From a virus (taxonomy: Duplodnaviria; Caudoviricetes), in the IMG/VR virus record IMGVR_UViG_3300037510_000097, positions 1-26,428 of that record: a DNA stretch of 26,428 nt. One strand, written 5' to 3'. Of the stretch, positions 16,841-25,415 are shown in pieces. Each line of letters opens with the position of its first letter. Position 1 is the stretch's first letter. The notes under the pieces were generated by a model, which worked only from the letters and a program-made list of their open reading frames with translations, had not been told where the DNA came from and ran no database searches. A program made the translations under genes and the position numbers.

Positions 16841-17355
16841 CATCCGCCGAAGCGCTTGAGCTGACAAAGCTACTCGCCGACACAAGCAACGACGTGTCAA
16901 TTGACGACGCATGCGCTACGCTCGCGGAAGCCATGACGGCGCGCGAAAATATCGAAGCCGTCCGTAAGAAAGTCACGGCGGACCTTCGTGTGAAGCTCGA
17001 GCTGTTAGAAGCGCCGTTGAAAGCCGAAGCGCTGTTTTACGGCGAGCTGATCGACGTGGCTAAGCTGCGTCTCGCGGCGACGTACGAAGCGCACAACGAA
17101 GCCGTCGCGGCTGCGATCGCGGCGCGGCAGCCGGTGCCGCCCGCCCCTCCGGTGCCGAAGGGTCTGACTGTCAAAACGGAAGTGCTGATCGAGATCGCCG
17201 ATCCCGAAGCGCTAGGAACGGACTACCTGAAAGCCGTTCCTGACATGGACGTGATCGGCGCGGCGATTGCGCAGGGTAACGCCGTCGAAGGCGTGACGAC
17301 ACGCGAAGAGATCAGCGTGATTCTCAACCGAAAGAACTACGGGGCGTCTTCGTGA
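16837..17355 (+). CDS. Gp157/Gam-like protein
   Basis: Helical N-half and C-terminal IADPEAL..DYL..VPD...I.AAI.QG..VEG pattern. Confidence 0.55.
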   Translation: MTSAEALELTKLLADTSNDVSIDDACATLAEAMTARENIEAVRKKVTADLRVKLELLEAPLKAEALFYGELIDVAKLRLAATYEAHNEAVAAAIAARQPVPPAPPVPKGLTVKTEVLIEIADPEALGTDYLKAVPDMDVIGAAIAQGNAVEGVTTREEISVILNRKNYGASS

Positions 17356-17636
17356 ACGCCGTTCAATTCCTCGAAAGCCGCATGGGTCGCCGCGCCGCGT
17401 ACTGGCAAGCGCAAGCGGGCGCCAACTACGCGATCGCGCGATACTATCACGGCGCTGGGATGTGGGGGCTTGCTCGAGAGGCGCAGGCTACGGCGCGCGA
17501 GCAAGCGTTCCGAGCCCGCGCCTTGCTGGACGCCGCGCATGGCGACTTCGCAACGGTTGACGAAGGGTACCATGCTGCGATCCAAGCGCAGTGTGAATTT
17601 CGGTTTGATCCCGAGTACGTAACCGCTGCGTTTTAG
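17352..17636 (+). CDS. Hypothetical protein
   Basis: GTGA coupling; last gene before the portal promoter. Confidence 0.6.
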   Translation: MNAVQFLESRMGRRAAYWQAQAGANYAIARYYHGAGMWGLAREAQATAREQAFRARALLDAAHGDFATVDEGYHAAIQAQCEFRFDPEYVTAAF

Positions 17637-17639
17637 CGG

Positions 17640-17668
17640 GTGACACAGCCGTAACTGTATGGTAATAT
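17640..17668 (+). promoter_or_regulatory. Promoter for a probably leaderless portal transcript
   Basis: GTGACA, 17 nt spacer ending TGG, TAATAT; ATG after 6 nt. Confidence 0.6.
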
Positions 17669-17674
17669 ACGGCT

Positions 17675-19408
17675 ATGCCGAAATCCCCGCGCGCCGCGTC
17701 CCCCGTACCCGTTGAAGTCGGCACCGCGGCTGCAGCCGAGCGCATGGACGAGTGGGCGTCTCGAGTCACCGGAATCAATACCGGCGCAGACAAGCGAAAT
17801 TCATACCGCTTTCAGCCCGTCCCTGTGCTCACGCCCGAGCAAGCGGACGCGATGTACAACAGTAACGATCTCGCGTCGTTGATCTGTAGCATCCACGCCG
17901 AAGAAGCGCTAGCGGAAGGGATCCGGCTGTGCGTTACGGCGCCTGACGGCGCCGACAACGAAGACGGCGCGGGGATCGATGCGAAGCTTATGGACCGTCT
18001 GGACGAGCTGCAGGCCGTGCAGATGATTCAAGAGAGCGACGTATTTTCAAACGTTCATGGCGACTGCTTCCTTTACCTAGGCGTCGAAGACGGCGCCGCG
18101 TCGCAAGCCGAGCCGCTTGATCTTTCAAAGGTTACGAAACTGAATTTCTTGAAGGTTGTGGAACGGACGCAGCTTTCGACAGGCATCCGCTACAACGATA
18201 CGAGTAAGCCGCAGCTGTTCGGACGCCCGCAAACGTACAACGTGGTTTCCGAGCTTGGCGCTACGTCCGTGGTTGTGCACGAATCGCGCTTTATCAAGAT
18301 GTTCGGCGCGCGCACTTCGACCGCGGCATTGCGTAAGAATAGCTATTGGCACTTCAGTGCGCTGCAGCGCGTTCAATACGTTTTGCGCGACTTCGGGATC
18401 ACGTGGGATAGCGCCGCGCTGCTGATCCAAAACGCGTCGCAGGGCGTGTACAAGTTGAAGGATTTTCTTGCTTTGCTTGCGTCGAAAGACGGCGCCGCGA
18501 CTATGGAGAAGCGCGCACAGCTCGTGGACGCGTTTCGTAGCGCCGTGCGCAGCATTATCTTAGACGAGTCGGAAAGTTTCGAGTACCAGTCTATTGCGTT
18601 TACGGGCGTGCCTGACATGATGGACCGCTTTGCGGCGCGTCTGGCGACCGCGACGGGCATCCCGGTAAGTAAGTTGATCGGCGTTGCGGGCGGCGGACTG
18701 AACGCCACAGGCGAGGGGGATCGCCGCAATTGGCAGGCGCGGCTACGCGCATACAGCCGCACGAAGCTGAAACCCGTTTTCGACCAGCTGTTGAAGATTC
18801 TGGCGATCGAGTTGAAGGTTCCCGAAGGCACGAAAATCACGGTGGAGTTTTGTCCGCTCGAGCAACCCACGGATGCGGAGCTTGCTGAGCTGCGTAATAA
18901 GCAGGCGCAAACGGATCATCTGTACATCCAAGATCAGGTGCTCACACCCGAAGAAGTCGCGATCGCACGCTTCCCCAAAGGCGGATACTCGACGGATACG
19001 GAGATCGATCTCACACTCCGTAAGAAGATCATCGAAACCGCGGACGAAGAAGCGCAGCAAAACCCGGGTGACATGGGCACGGTTGGCGCACGCGCTACCG
19101 CAATTATGGCCGTGCTCGATCACGTAGCTGCGAAGCAGATCCCGCGCGAAGTCGGCGTGCTGCTTCTGCAGAATCTTTTCGGCATGACCGCCGAACAGGC
19201 TGACGCACAGATCGGGGACGTAGGCGATGGATTCGAGCCCGAAAATCAGCAAGCTGTGGACGGTACTGCGGCACAGGGTGTTACGCCGGGTGCGAAGCAG
19301 CAAACGCCGGGCGCTCCCGCGGGCGCGGGTGCCAAGCCACGCGGCGTACCTAGAGGAGTTGCTGCAGCTAAGCCGCGACTGCCAAGCGCTCGTAAGCCGT
19401 CAGCTTGA
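17675..19408 (+). CDS. Phage portal protein (DUF1073 type)
   Basis: VHESR, ATGIPVSKLIG...GLNATGEGD..NW, F.PL.QPT..E.A and Y...VLTPEEV patterns. Confidence 0.88.
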   Translation: MPKSPRAASPVPVEVGTAAAAERMDEWASRVTGINTGADKRNSYRFQPVPVLTPEQADAMYNSNDLASLICSIHAEEALAEGIRLCVTAPDGADNEDGAGIDAKLMDRLDELQAVQMIQESDVFSNVHGDCFLYLGVEDGAASQAEPLDLSKVTKLNFLKVVERTQLSTGIRYNDTSKPQLFGRPQTYNVVSELGATSVVVHESRFIKMFGARTSTAALRKNSYWHFSALQRVQYVLRDFGITWDSAALLIQNASQGVYKLKDFLALLASKDGAATMEKRAQLVDAFRSAVRSIILDESESFEYQSIAFTGVPDMMDRFAARLATATGIPVSKLIGVAGGGLNATGEGDRRNWQARLRAYSRTKLKPVFDQLLKILAIELKVPEGTKITVEFCPLEQPTDAELAELRNKQAQTDHLYIQDQVLTPEEVAIARFPKGGYSTDTEIDLTLRKKIIETADEEAQQNPGDMGTVGARATAIMAVLDHVAAKQIPREVGVLLLQNLFGMTAEQADAQIGDVGDGFEPENQQAVDGTAAQGVTPGAKQQTPGAPAGAGAKPRGVPRGVAAAKPRLPSARKPSA

Positions 19409-20186
19409 GCCGATCCTTGCGGACTACGCGGCTGCGCTCGAGCCGGTTCGGCAGGACGCGCTAAGCGACGATCCCGCGCGCACTGCACGCGTTCGCGCAA
19501 TCAAGCTTCGCGCGCGTAAAGCTTTCGCAGAAATCCGCGCAACGGCGGTTCACGACTTCCCGCACAAGATCCGCAAGGTTGCGACGCGATTTGCGACGCG
19601 AACCGAGCAGACGAACCGCGTAGCCATGAACGCGCAGTTTCATTCGCTGACGAAACTAAACGTGTTCGGCACGTCGCCCGAAATTGATAATGTGCTTCAC
19701 GAAGCGATCCGATCGAACGCTCTGCAAATCAGCTCGATTCCCGAAACGCAAATCAACCAAGTTGAGCGCGTCGTATACGAAGCTATGGATCGCGGTTCGC
19801 GCGTAGAAACGTTGCGCAATCAGATCGAGGAGCGTTTCAGTGTCAGCGAATCGAAAGCCGAGCTGATCGCGCGCACGGAAACGGCGAAATTCAACGCTAC
19901 GCTTGCACGCACGCGTCAAGAGGATCTCGGAATCTCGCGGTATAAGTGGAGCAACAGCCACGATGAACGCGTACGTGGCAATCCGGATGGTGCATATCCG
20001 AAATCCAGCGAAGATCACTGGCACTTAGAAGATCAGATCTGCAGTTATGACGATCCGCCCGTGGTGGACGAAAAGCGCGGAATCAAAGCGAATCCCGGGG
20101 AACGCCCGAATTGTAGGTGTACGGCGATCCCGCTCGTGGATGACGTGCTAGACGCGCTCGGCGTTTCGGCGGACGAAGAGCCTTGA
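19290..20186 (+). CDS. Minor head protein (Mu gpF/SPP1 gp7-like); start uncertain (19227, 19290 or 19329)
   Basis: AELIARTET, YKWSNSHDERVR, PGERPNCRC; follows the portal gene. Confidence 0.88.
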   Translation: MRSSKRRALPRARVPSHAAYLEELLQLSRDCQALVSRQLEPILADYAAALEPVRQDALSDDPARTARVRAIKLRARKAFAEIRATAVHDFPHKIRKVATRFATRTEQTNRVAMNAQFHSLTKLNVFGTSPEIDNVLHEAIRSNALQISSIPETQINQVERVVYEAMDRGSRVETLRNQIEERFSVSESKAELIARTETAKFNATLARTRQEDLGISRYKWSNSHDERVRGNPDGAYPKSSEDHWHLEDQICSYDDPPVVDEKRGIKANPGERPNCRCTAIPLVDDVLDALGVSADEEP

Positions 20187-20214
20187 CGACGAAACGCGGA
20201 CGTGCGATATCGAT

Positions 20215-20442
20215 ATGGTGATCCTGCCGCCGCCGAATCTCGAATCAATGAAGCGCTCGATCGCGCCCGTGCCCGCGCTGCGTAAAGTCGTCGTAAAGCT
20301 AAAGCAGTACGAAGGCTACACGCAAACGGTGCTCGAAGGTGCACAGAAGCAGCCGGGTACGCACACGTTTCAGGTCGAAGCTGTGAAAATCGAACGCGCG
20401 TCAACGATTCGGCCGAAGCGTGGGAAGCGGGCGCGTAAGTGA
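20215..20442 (+). CDS. Small basic hypothetical protein
   Basis: Fills the gap and overlaps the next start. Confidence 0.55.
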   Translation: MVILPPPNLESMKRSIAPVPALRKVVVKLKQYEGYTQTVLEGAQKQPGTHTFQVEAVKIERASTIRPKRGKRARK

Positions 20443-21113
20443 TCCAAACCCAAGCCAGGCGTAACACCATGAGCGCGCTCGGCGGGCTTCCCGTCCACGG
20501 TGACGCCATGCAGGGTCTCGCGACCGGCAACCGCACCGGCAAGCCAGCGAAGCGCGAACAGCAGATCTACAGCCCCGAGAATCTGCTAGAGGCGGTCACG
20601 CTCTTCGGCGATGGCGCAATCGCCTGCGATCCGTGCTCGGGTCCTGATTCGATTGTGCGCGCAAATAACGTTTACGTAGGTACGCGCGTTCAGAAACACG
20701 ATAGTCACGGCGTTCCCGTCTTCAAGAAAATCAAGGACGTAACCGCTCCCGAAGGCTTTCGGCTCGAGCCTAAAATGATCTGGACTGGCCCGGGGCTTAC
20801 GGCAACGTGGGCGTTCGGCGGGCTCGTCTACGTAAATCCGCCGTACGAAGAGCTGCAAGCGTGGCTCGCAAAAGCACTACGCGAGGCGGCTGCCGGTGTT
20901 GAGATCATCGTGCTTGGCCCCGTACGGCCGCACCGTAAGTGGTGGCGTAAATCGTGGAACAAAGCCAATGCTCGCATGTGGCTGGACCCGCTGCGTTTCG
21001 TCGGCTTTACGCAAACGTTCCCCGCCCCGCTGTGCTTGTGGTACTTCGGCCCGCGGGCTGCGTGGTTCAAAGAAGTTTTCGAAGCTTCCGAGTTGGGAGA
21101 GCTGTCGCCGTGA
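20439..21113 (+). CDS. Phage Dam-like N6-adenine DNA methyltransferase
   Basis: DPC, VYVNPPY, W..KA, P.R...WW and LRF motifs. Confidence 0.85.
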   Translation: MIQTQARRNTMSALGGLPVHGDAMQGLATGNRTGKPAKREQQIYSPENLLEAVTLFGDGAIACDPCSGPDSIVRANNVYVGTRVQKHDSHGVPVFKKIKDVTAPEGFRLEPKMIWTGPGLTATWAFGGLVYVNPPYEELQAWLAKALREAAAGVEIIVLGPVRPHRKWWRKSWNKANARMWLDPLRFVGFTQTFPAPLCLWYFGPRAAWFKEVFEASELGELSP

Positions 21114-21277
21114 ACCAAAACAAAAATCCAGACTTCGTCTTTCGCACCATGACCGCGCCGCAGCGCGAGCTGTACATGCTCATGATGCACCGGGCGCGGC
21201 GCCGCTTTCTGCGCAAGGGCTTCGCGTGGGGCATGCTGCTCGGGCTCGGAATCGGTCTGCTCGTGGCGTGGGTGTAG
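21110..21277 (+). CDS. Small protein with C-terminal TM helix
   Basis: GTGA coupling; GFAWGMLLGLGIGLLVAWV. Confidence 0.65.
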   Translation: MNQNKNPDFVFRTMTAPQRELYMLMMHRARRRFLRKGFAWGMLLGLGIGLLVAWV

Positions 21278-21308
21278 GCCAGCGTACGATAAATCGACGG
21301 CGAGGGGC

Positions 21309-21337
21309 TTGCTTCCGCGCGGGCGTTCGGTTATGTT
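21309..21337 (+). promoter_or_regulatory. Promoter for a probably leaderless transcript
   Basis: TTGCTT, 17 nt spacer, TATGTT; ATG 21344 after 6 nt. Confidence 0.65.
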
Positions 21338-21343
21338 CTGTGT

Positions 21344-21568
21344 ATGACAAACACGAATAGAACAGTGGAAGTGTTTCGCAGCACGCGTTACGTGCGCCGC
21401 AAGTCTGGCGCGACGGGTGTGCGCATGTCTGCCGTGTCGCGTGGCCACGGCACGGTAATGTACGAAACGCGGGTGTGTGACACGGAAGCAGAAGCCGCGT
21501 CCATGTACCGCAATTTCATGATGCGGAATCCGCATTACGTGGACACCACGGGGTCGCACAACAAATGA
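21344..21568 (+). CDS. Hypothetical protein
   Basis: Directly after a promoter; ATGA coupling to the next gene. Confidence 0.7.
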   Translation: MTNTNRTVEVFRSTRYVRRKSGATGVRMSAVSRGHGTVMYETRVCDTEAEAASMYRNFMMRNPHYVDTTGSHNK

Positions 21569-21765
21569 CCACGCGCACCCGCGCCGCAGCTCGAGCCGCC
21601 GTCAAGGCGCGTACGGATGCCCTGCGCAAAGAGCTGGCGGCGTGCACGAAGCGCATTCAGGTGATCACGGCGGACCCCGCCGCCGAAGTGTACGAGCTAC
21701 GCGTGACCGCCACAGCCGACGAAGCGCGGCAGATCGGACTACTCTTGTGGAAGCCGATTCCGTAA
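21565..21765 (+). CDS. Hypothetical protein
   Basis: ATGA coupling. Confidence 0.65.
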   Translation: MTTRTRAAARAAVKARTDALRKELAACTKRIQVITADPAAEVYELRVTATADEARQIGLLLWKPIP

Positions 21766-22001
21766 CGGGTTGGATTGAAAAGAAACGCGGTAGTGCTGAA
21801 CAGCGGATCGCTGGTTTGCGACTGACCGTGCACCATTATTTCGGTTGCGGATCTGCGTACTTCGCAACGTGTTTCGAGCTTGGAATAAACAAAGCCGATT
21901 TGCATACCGTAGACCTGACAACCGCGAAAAACCGAGCGGTGTGCCTTGCGCAGTTGACGGCGTCTCGTCTGTACGAAGCTACAAAACGGCTGCAGCCATG
22001 A
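21747..22001 (+). CDS. Hypothetical protein (start uncertain)
   Basis: In-frame GTG 21747; stop couples to ATG 21998. Confidence 0.5.
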   Translation: MEADSVTGWIEKKRGSAEQRIAGLRLTVHHYFGCGSAYFATCFELGINKADLHTVDLTTAKNRAVCLAQLTASRLYEATKRLQP

Positions 22002-22189
22002 TCATGACCTGGATCACTCGGACGCGCCCGCCCGAGTATTACGAAGTGCCTGTATTTTACGTGGACGCCCGCGGACGCACGCACGTTGCGCACGCACGGC
22101 AGCAACGCGTACAACCCGATCTATTGCGGCCGTGTCAGCGCAAGCTACTTGCGGATCTGCAACGCGAAACTTGGCTGTTTCGGCGTTAG
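21998..22189 (+). CDS. Hypothetical protein
   Basis: ATGA coupling. Confidence 0.55.
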   Translation: MIMTWITRTRPPEYYEVPVFYVDARGRTHVAHARQQRVQPDLLRPCQRKLLADLQRETWLFRR

Positions 22190-22234
22190 CCTTATTCAGC
22201 TGTACGTTTCTGTGATCCGTGATACAGTTACTCC

Positions 22235-22828
22235 ATGCGCAATGCGTGGATCGTCCTAGCCGTATTCCTCGGATCCTGCTTCGTCAAACCCGCGCCTGCG
22301 CGCCTACCGAACACCGCGCCGATCGGCGTTTACGGTCCCATATTGCGAGTCTTTGACTCGGGCTCGTTTCATTGCACGGGCGTGCTCGTGGGGCCGCGCA
22401 TCGCGTTATCAGCTGCGCACTGCTTCGCGGATATGAACAGCTCGGGGCGTTTTTACGTTACACGCGATCCGCATGAAACGCGAAACTACGTTACGCGATC
22501 GTTTCATGTTCCCGATTCAGATGTCGAGATCCTCACGCTGGATAACGAGCTACCGAAACCGTACGCGCGCCCGGGTACGCGCCTGCATACGTACGCGCGC
22601 GCATGGATCGTCGGGTACGGTTGCCGCTTCGACTGGCACGGCTACCGCCAGCTCGAGACGCGCGCACTGACCGCGCTGGCGCCCGCTGTCTTTGCAGGCA
22701 AGGCGTGCCCGGGGGATAGCGGCGGCGCGATTTACGACGACGCAGGCGGGCTCGTGGGCATCACGTCGGCGATATCGACGAAAGGGCCGGCTACGGTTTA
22801 TGCAAGCGACGTGAGCCTAGATCCTTAG
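22235..22828 (+). CDS. Trypsin-like (S1) serine protease, probable lipoprotein
   Basis: Signal ending LGSC; CTGVLV, SAAHC, SDVEIL, CPGDSGG give a full His-Asp-Ser triad. Confidence 0.9.
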   Translation: MRNAWIVLAVFLGSCFVKPAPARLPNTAPIGVYGPILRVFDSGSFHCTGVLVGPRIALSAAHCFADMNSSGRFYVTRDPHETRNYVTRSFHVPDSDVEILTLDNELPKPYARPGTRLHTYARAWIVGYGCRFDWHGYRQLETRALTALAPAVFAGKACPGDSGGAIYDDAGGLVGITSAISTKGPATVYASDVSLDP

Positions 22829-23031
22829 TTCCCGCAACGCGACGCCTGCAGCCGGTGCATAATAACTGCGGGATAGCCTTCGTCCGTGCGCTGCTCGCAA
22901 AAGCCGCGGACGCATAACCAACATTCGGGTTGCGGCTCGGCGCCATGAACGGGCGTAGAATCGGCCGTGTGTCGCGCGTCAAGCGCGGAGCGCACGCCCG
23001 TGGGGTAGACGTGCCAGAGCTGGCCGATCAT
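22825..23031 (-). CDS. Small hypothetical protein with CxxC
   Basis: ATG 23031 overlaps the upstream TGA; ECWLC. Confidence 0.55.
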   Translation of the reverse strand: MIGQLWHVYPTGVRSALDARHTADSTPVHGAEPQPECWLCVRGFCEQRTDEGYPAVIMHRLQASRCGN

Positions 23032-23822
23032 GTTTGGACCGGAAGATCCATGTACGAGTACCAAAAACACACTTTGTTTGCGGTCGGGGCGCTTGCGCAC
23101 TTGACCTTGACCACATCGGTAGAACGGTGTGCGGGCAACGCCAGTGCTGCCGTAGTGCGAGTGTGCGCAGCCAGCGAAGACGCAGTGATTACAGTAACGT
23201 CTGATCCGCGCGTAAATTCAGCCATGGCTACTGCGGCGGCAGAATCGGCATTCATGAGCGCGGTAGCGCCTATGCCGGTCGCAGAGGGTACAGCCAAGAT
23301 GGCACGATAACGCACGTAACCCGCGGCCGGCGCCGACAGCGTTTGATACACACCCGTCAGTACAACTTTCTGCAGACCGAAGCGCACGCCCGTAGGAATC
23401 GCGAAGTACGTTACTGCAAAAGATACGTCGCCGAGTCCCGTGGCGTAGCCCTGCAATGCGCCGTCCGCAAGTTGTCCGAACAGGCTGGTATTCCCGCTTG
23501 CAGCAATTGTCGTTGTCAGCGCAGATTCATACATTTCGCTACCGCCGCACGTAACGCGGTAGCCGGCGGTCTGGCTCGCGGATTGATTGCAGACGAGCAC
23601 GTTGACGATCACGTTTACGTAACCTGCGGCGGGGGCGGGCAGAATCTCGGCGTTTGCGCTTGCGGCGACAACGGTAACGACGGAATCCAGCTTTGCGGGC
23701 ATTAGCGCGCTCTCGGCCGTAAGAACCGGATTCGCAGCGCTCGGCGCAAGCGCTGCATTCAACGCGAGTACACCCGCGCCTGCGGCGCTCTGTTCACTCA
23801 AGTCTGCGCCCTGCATACCCAT
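23028..23822 (-). CDS. Beta-rich Ala/Thr/Gly protein, possibly virion-associated
   Basis: ATG 23822 just after the upstream stop; internal repeat of APAAGYV suggests two related beta domains. Confidence 0.65.
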   Translation of the reverse strand: MGMQGADLSEQSAAGAGVLALNAALAPSAANPVLTAESALMPAKLDSVVTVVAASANAEILPAPAAGYVNVIVNVLVCNQSASQTAGYRVTCGGSEMYESALTTTIAASGNTSLFGQLADGALQGYATGLGDVSFAVTYFAIPTGVRFGLQKVVLTGVYQTLSAPAAGYVRYRAILAVPSATGIGATALMNADSAAAVAMAEFTRGSDVTVITASSLAAHTRTTAALALPAHRSTDVVKVKCASAPTANKVCFWYSYMDLPVQT

Positions 23823-23824
23823 GA

Positions 23825-24244
23825 TCAAAACCCGTCGCCTTCTTCGCTCGCGAGCGCCGCGATTACCAGATTGCCAGCCGCGCCGCCACCCGTGCGAGTC
23901 CAGCTGATCTTGAGATACGGCGGCAGACCGCAGAGCTTGATCATGCATGAACCCACGAGCGCGGCGAGCGTGACCGTGTTGCCCACGAGCGAAGCCGTGC
24001 CCGTGCCTTGCGAATGAACGATCAGCGCCGCGGGTAGCGAAAGCTGCGTAAAGTTGGTTCCGTCTAGCGATCCGTAAAACTTGAAGTTGCCCGAAGCGCT
24101 CGCCGCGCACGCGAAACGCAACCATACGTTGTCTGCGGTCATACGCACGATCGGTGCGTCAAACGCGGCGCTATCGTCCTGCGCGGCAACGATCGCTAGC
24201 GGGGCGTCTCGGGGGATCAGCGAATTGGCGGCGGCTTGCGTCAT
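23825..24244 (-). CDS. Small beta-sandwich-like protein, possibly virion-associated
   Basis: FKFYGSLDGTNF...PYLKISW pattern. Confidence 0.65.
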   Translation of the reverse strand: MTQAAANSLIPRDAPLAIVAAQDDSAAFDAPIVRMTADNVWLRFACAASASGNFKFYGSLDGTNFTQLSLPAALIVHSQGTGTASLVGNTVTLAALVGSCMIKLCGLPPYLKISWTRTGGGAAGNLVIAALASEEGDGF

Positions 24245-24253
24245 TTGATTTTC

Positions 24254-24691
24254 TCAATGTCCTTGCGGGGCGCCACGCGCCGGGAGCAGCGCCTCGCCTG
24301 CGCGCGTCGCATCGCTCTGCATTTCGTTCAGCGTGTCTCGAGCTGCGGGCAGGGACGCGCAGCCGTGAAGCAATGATGCGACTGCAAAAACGACGAACGG
24401 GATCAGGGAATGCCAGCGCCCAATAACTTCGGCGATTGCTGTCAGCACGCCCACAGATCCCACGAGCATGTGCGCGCTACCACCACCGTTACGAATGGCC
24501 GGCCAGGCGACGAAGCCGCCAAGCGCAAGCAGTGCGATCAAGCCGTGCATGCCGGGGACGTGACCCGTAACGACCATGATCACGATTCCTGCCGCAAGCC
24601 CTAAATTCTGGATCGTAGCGTCGTGCGATTTCGCGATGCGCACAGGCACGGGTGTTTCGCACGCGTCTCGGGTTTCCTGCGTCTCAGGCAT
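24254..24691 (-). CDS. Holin-like multi-TM protein
   Basis: 3-4 hydrophobic segments, immediately downstream of the amidase; ATG 24691 lies 6 nt after a TACAAT box. Confidence 0.6.
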   Translation of the reverse strand: MPETQETRDACETPVPVRIAKSHDATIQNLGLAAGIVIMVVTGHVPGMHGLIALLALGGFVAWPAIRNGGGSAHMLVGSVGVLTAIAEVIGRWHSLIPFVVFAVASLLHGCASLPAARDTLNEMQSDATRAGEALLPARGAPQGH

Positions 24692-24697
24692 GGCCCG

Positions 24698-24708
24698 ATT
24701 GTAGCACA
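24698..24708 (-). promoter_or_regulatory. Extended -10 promoter for the holin-like gene
   Basis: Minus strand TGTGC-TACAAT-6 nt-ATG. Confidence 0.55.
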
Positions 24709-24723
24709 AACGATGCCAATTCG

Positions 24724-25314
24724 CTACAGCGTAGCGCGGCAGATTCGTACAGCTTCGATGAAATCCGCCAGCGGGAAGCCGGGCCCCGGATCCTTGTGAC
24801 TCGTTTGGCCCCACGCACGGGAAATATCCAAATGCGTAGTGATACCTTTAGTTTGCGCGCGTACGGCTGTGTAATCCGCATATACGGCAGGGAAATCGAA
24901 TTCCTTGCACAGCTCCGCGAAACGCCGCGCCGCCATGCGGAGCATGGGCAAGCTCTTAGCGTCCAGCCACTGCTCGCGCGTCTGGTTCGCGCGCCCGCAC
25001 AGCTCGAGCCCGAGATACGAATCATTGCCGTTATGACCGCAGTGGTATGCGCGGCAGTCCAGCGGAACGCAGCGCACGCCCGAATTGCCATCCCAAACCT
25101 CCGTAGCCGACCGCCAAAGCTTCGGATCATCCCACCCCTTGTGGAACATCGCGGCGCAATCTTCGGCCGTCTTGTCGCCTTCTGCGCCGTCCGTGCAATG
25201 GATCACGGCGCCGAGTGTTCGCGGGCGCTTGCGGCCGCGCGTGTAGTGTCGCGCTTCGACGTACGGAATCGACGGTAACGAATCAGCAGCAACGATTGGA
25301 TTTACGGCTTGCAT
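24724..25314 (-). CDS. Endolysin, N-acetylmuramoyl-L-alanine amidase (Amidase_2)
   Basis: VIHCT, AYHCG..GN...GLELCG, ITTH, HKDPGPGFP; ATG 25314 preferred over GTG 25362, which lies inside a hairpin. Confidence 0.9.
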   Translation of the reverse strand: MQAVNPIVAADSLPSIPYVEARHYTRGRKRPRTLGAVIHCTDGAEGDKTAEDCAAMFHKGWDDPKLWRSATEVWDGNSGVRCVPLDCRAYHCGHNGNDSYLGLELCGRANQTREQWLDAKSLPMLRMAARRFAELCKEFDFPAVYADYTAVRAQTKGITTHLDISRAWGQTSHKDPGPGFPLADFIEAVRICRATL

Positions 25315-25336
25315 TGGGCATGCTTTCGCGTTAGAC

Positions 25337-25382
25337 GGATTACATGCAGCGCACGCGCCCACTCGCCCGCCGCATGTAATCC
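25337..25382 (-). promoter_or_regulatory. 15-bp hairpin in the endolysin leader
   Basis: GGATTACATGCGGCG / CGCTGCATGTAATCC on the minus strand, 6 nt downstream of TGA-TACAAT (25397-25389). Confidence 0.65.
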
Positions 25383-25415
25383 ACGCCTATTGTATCACGA
25401 AAGCCCCCTAGCAGC

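Noticed and set aside
17675-19408. Anti-CBASS Acb1 function for the DUF1073 protein
   Set aside because: No 2H-phosphoesterase HxT motif pair seen; sequence and position before gpF fit a portal.
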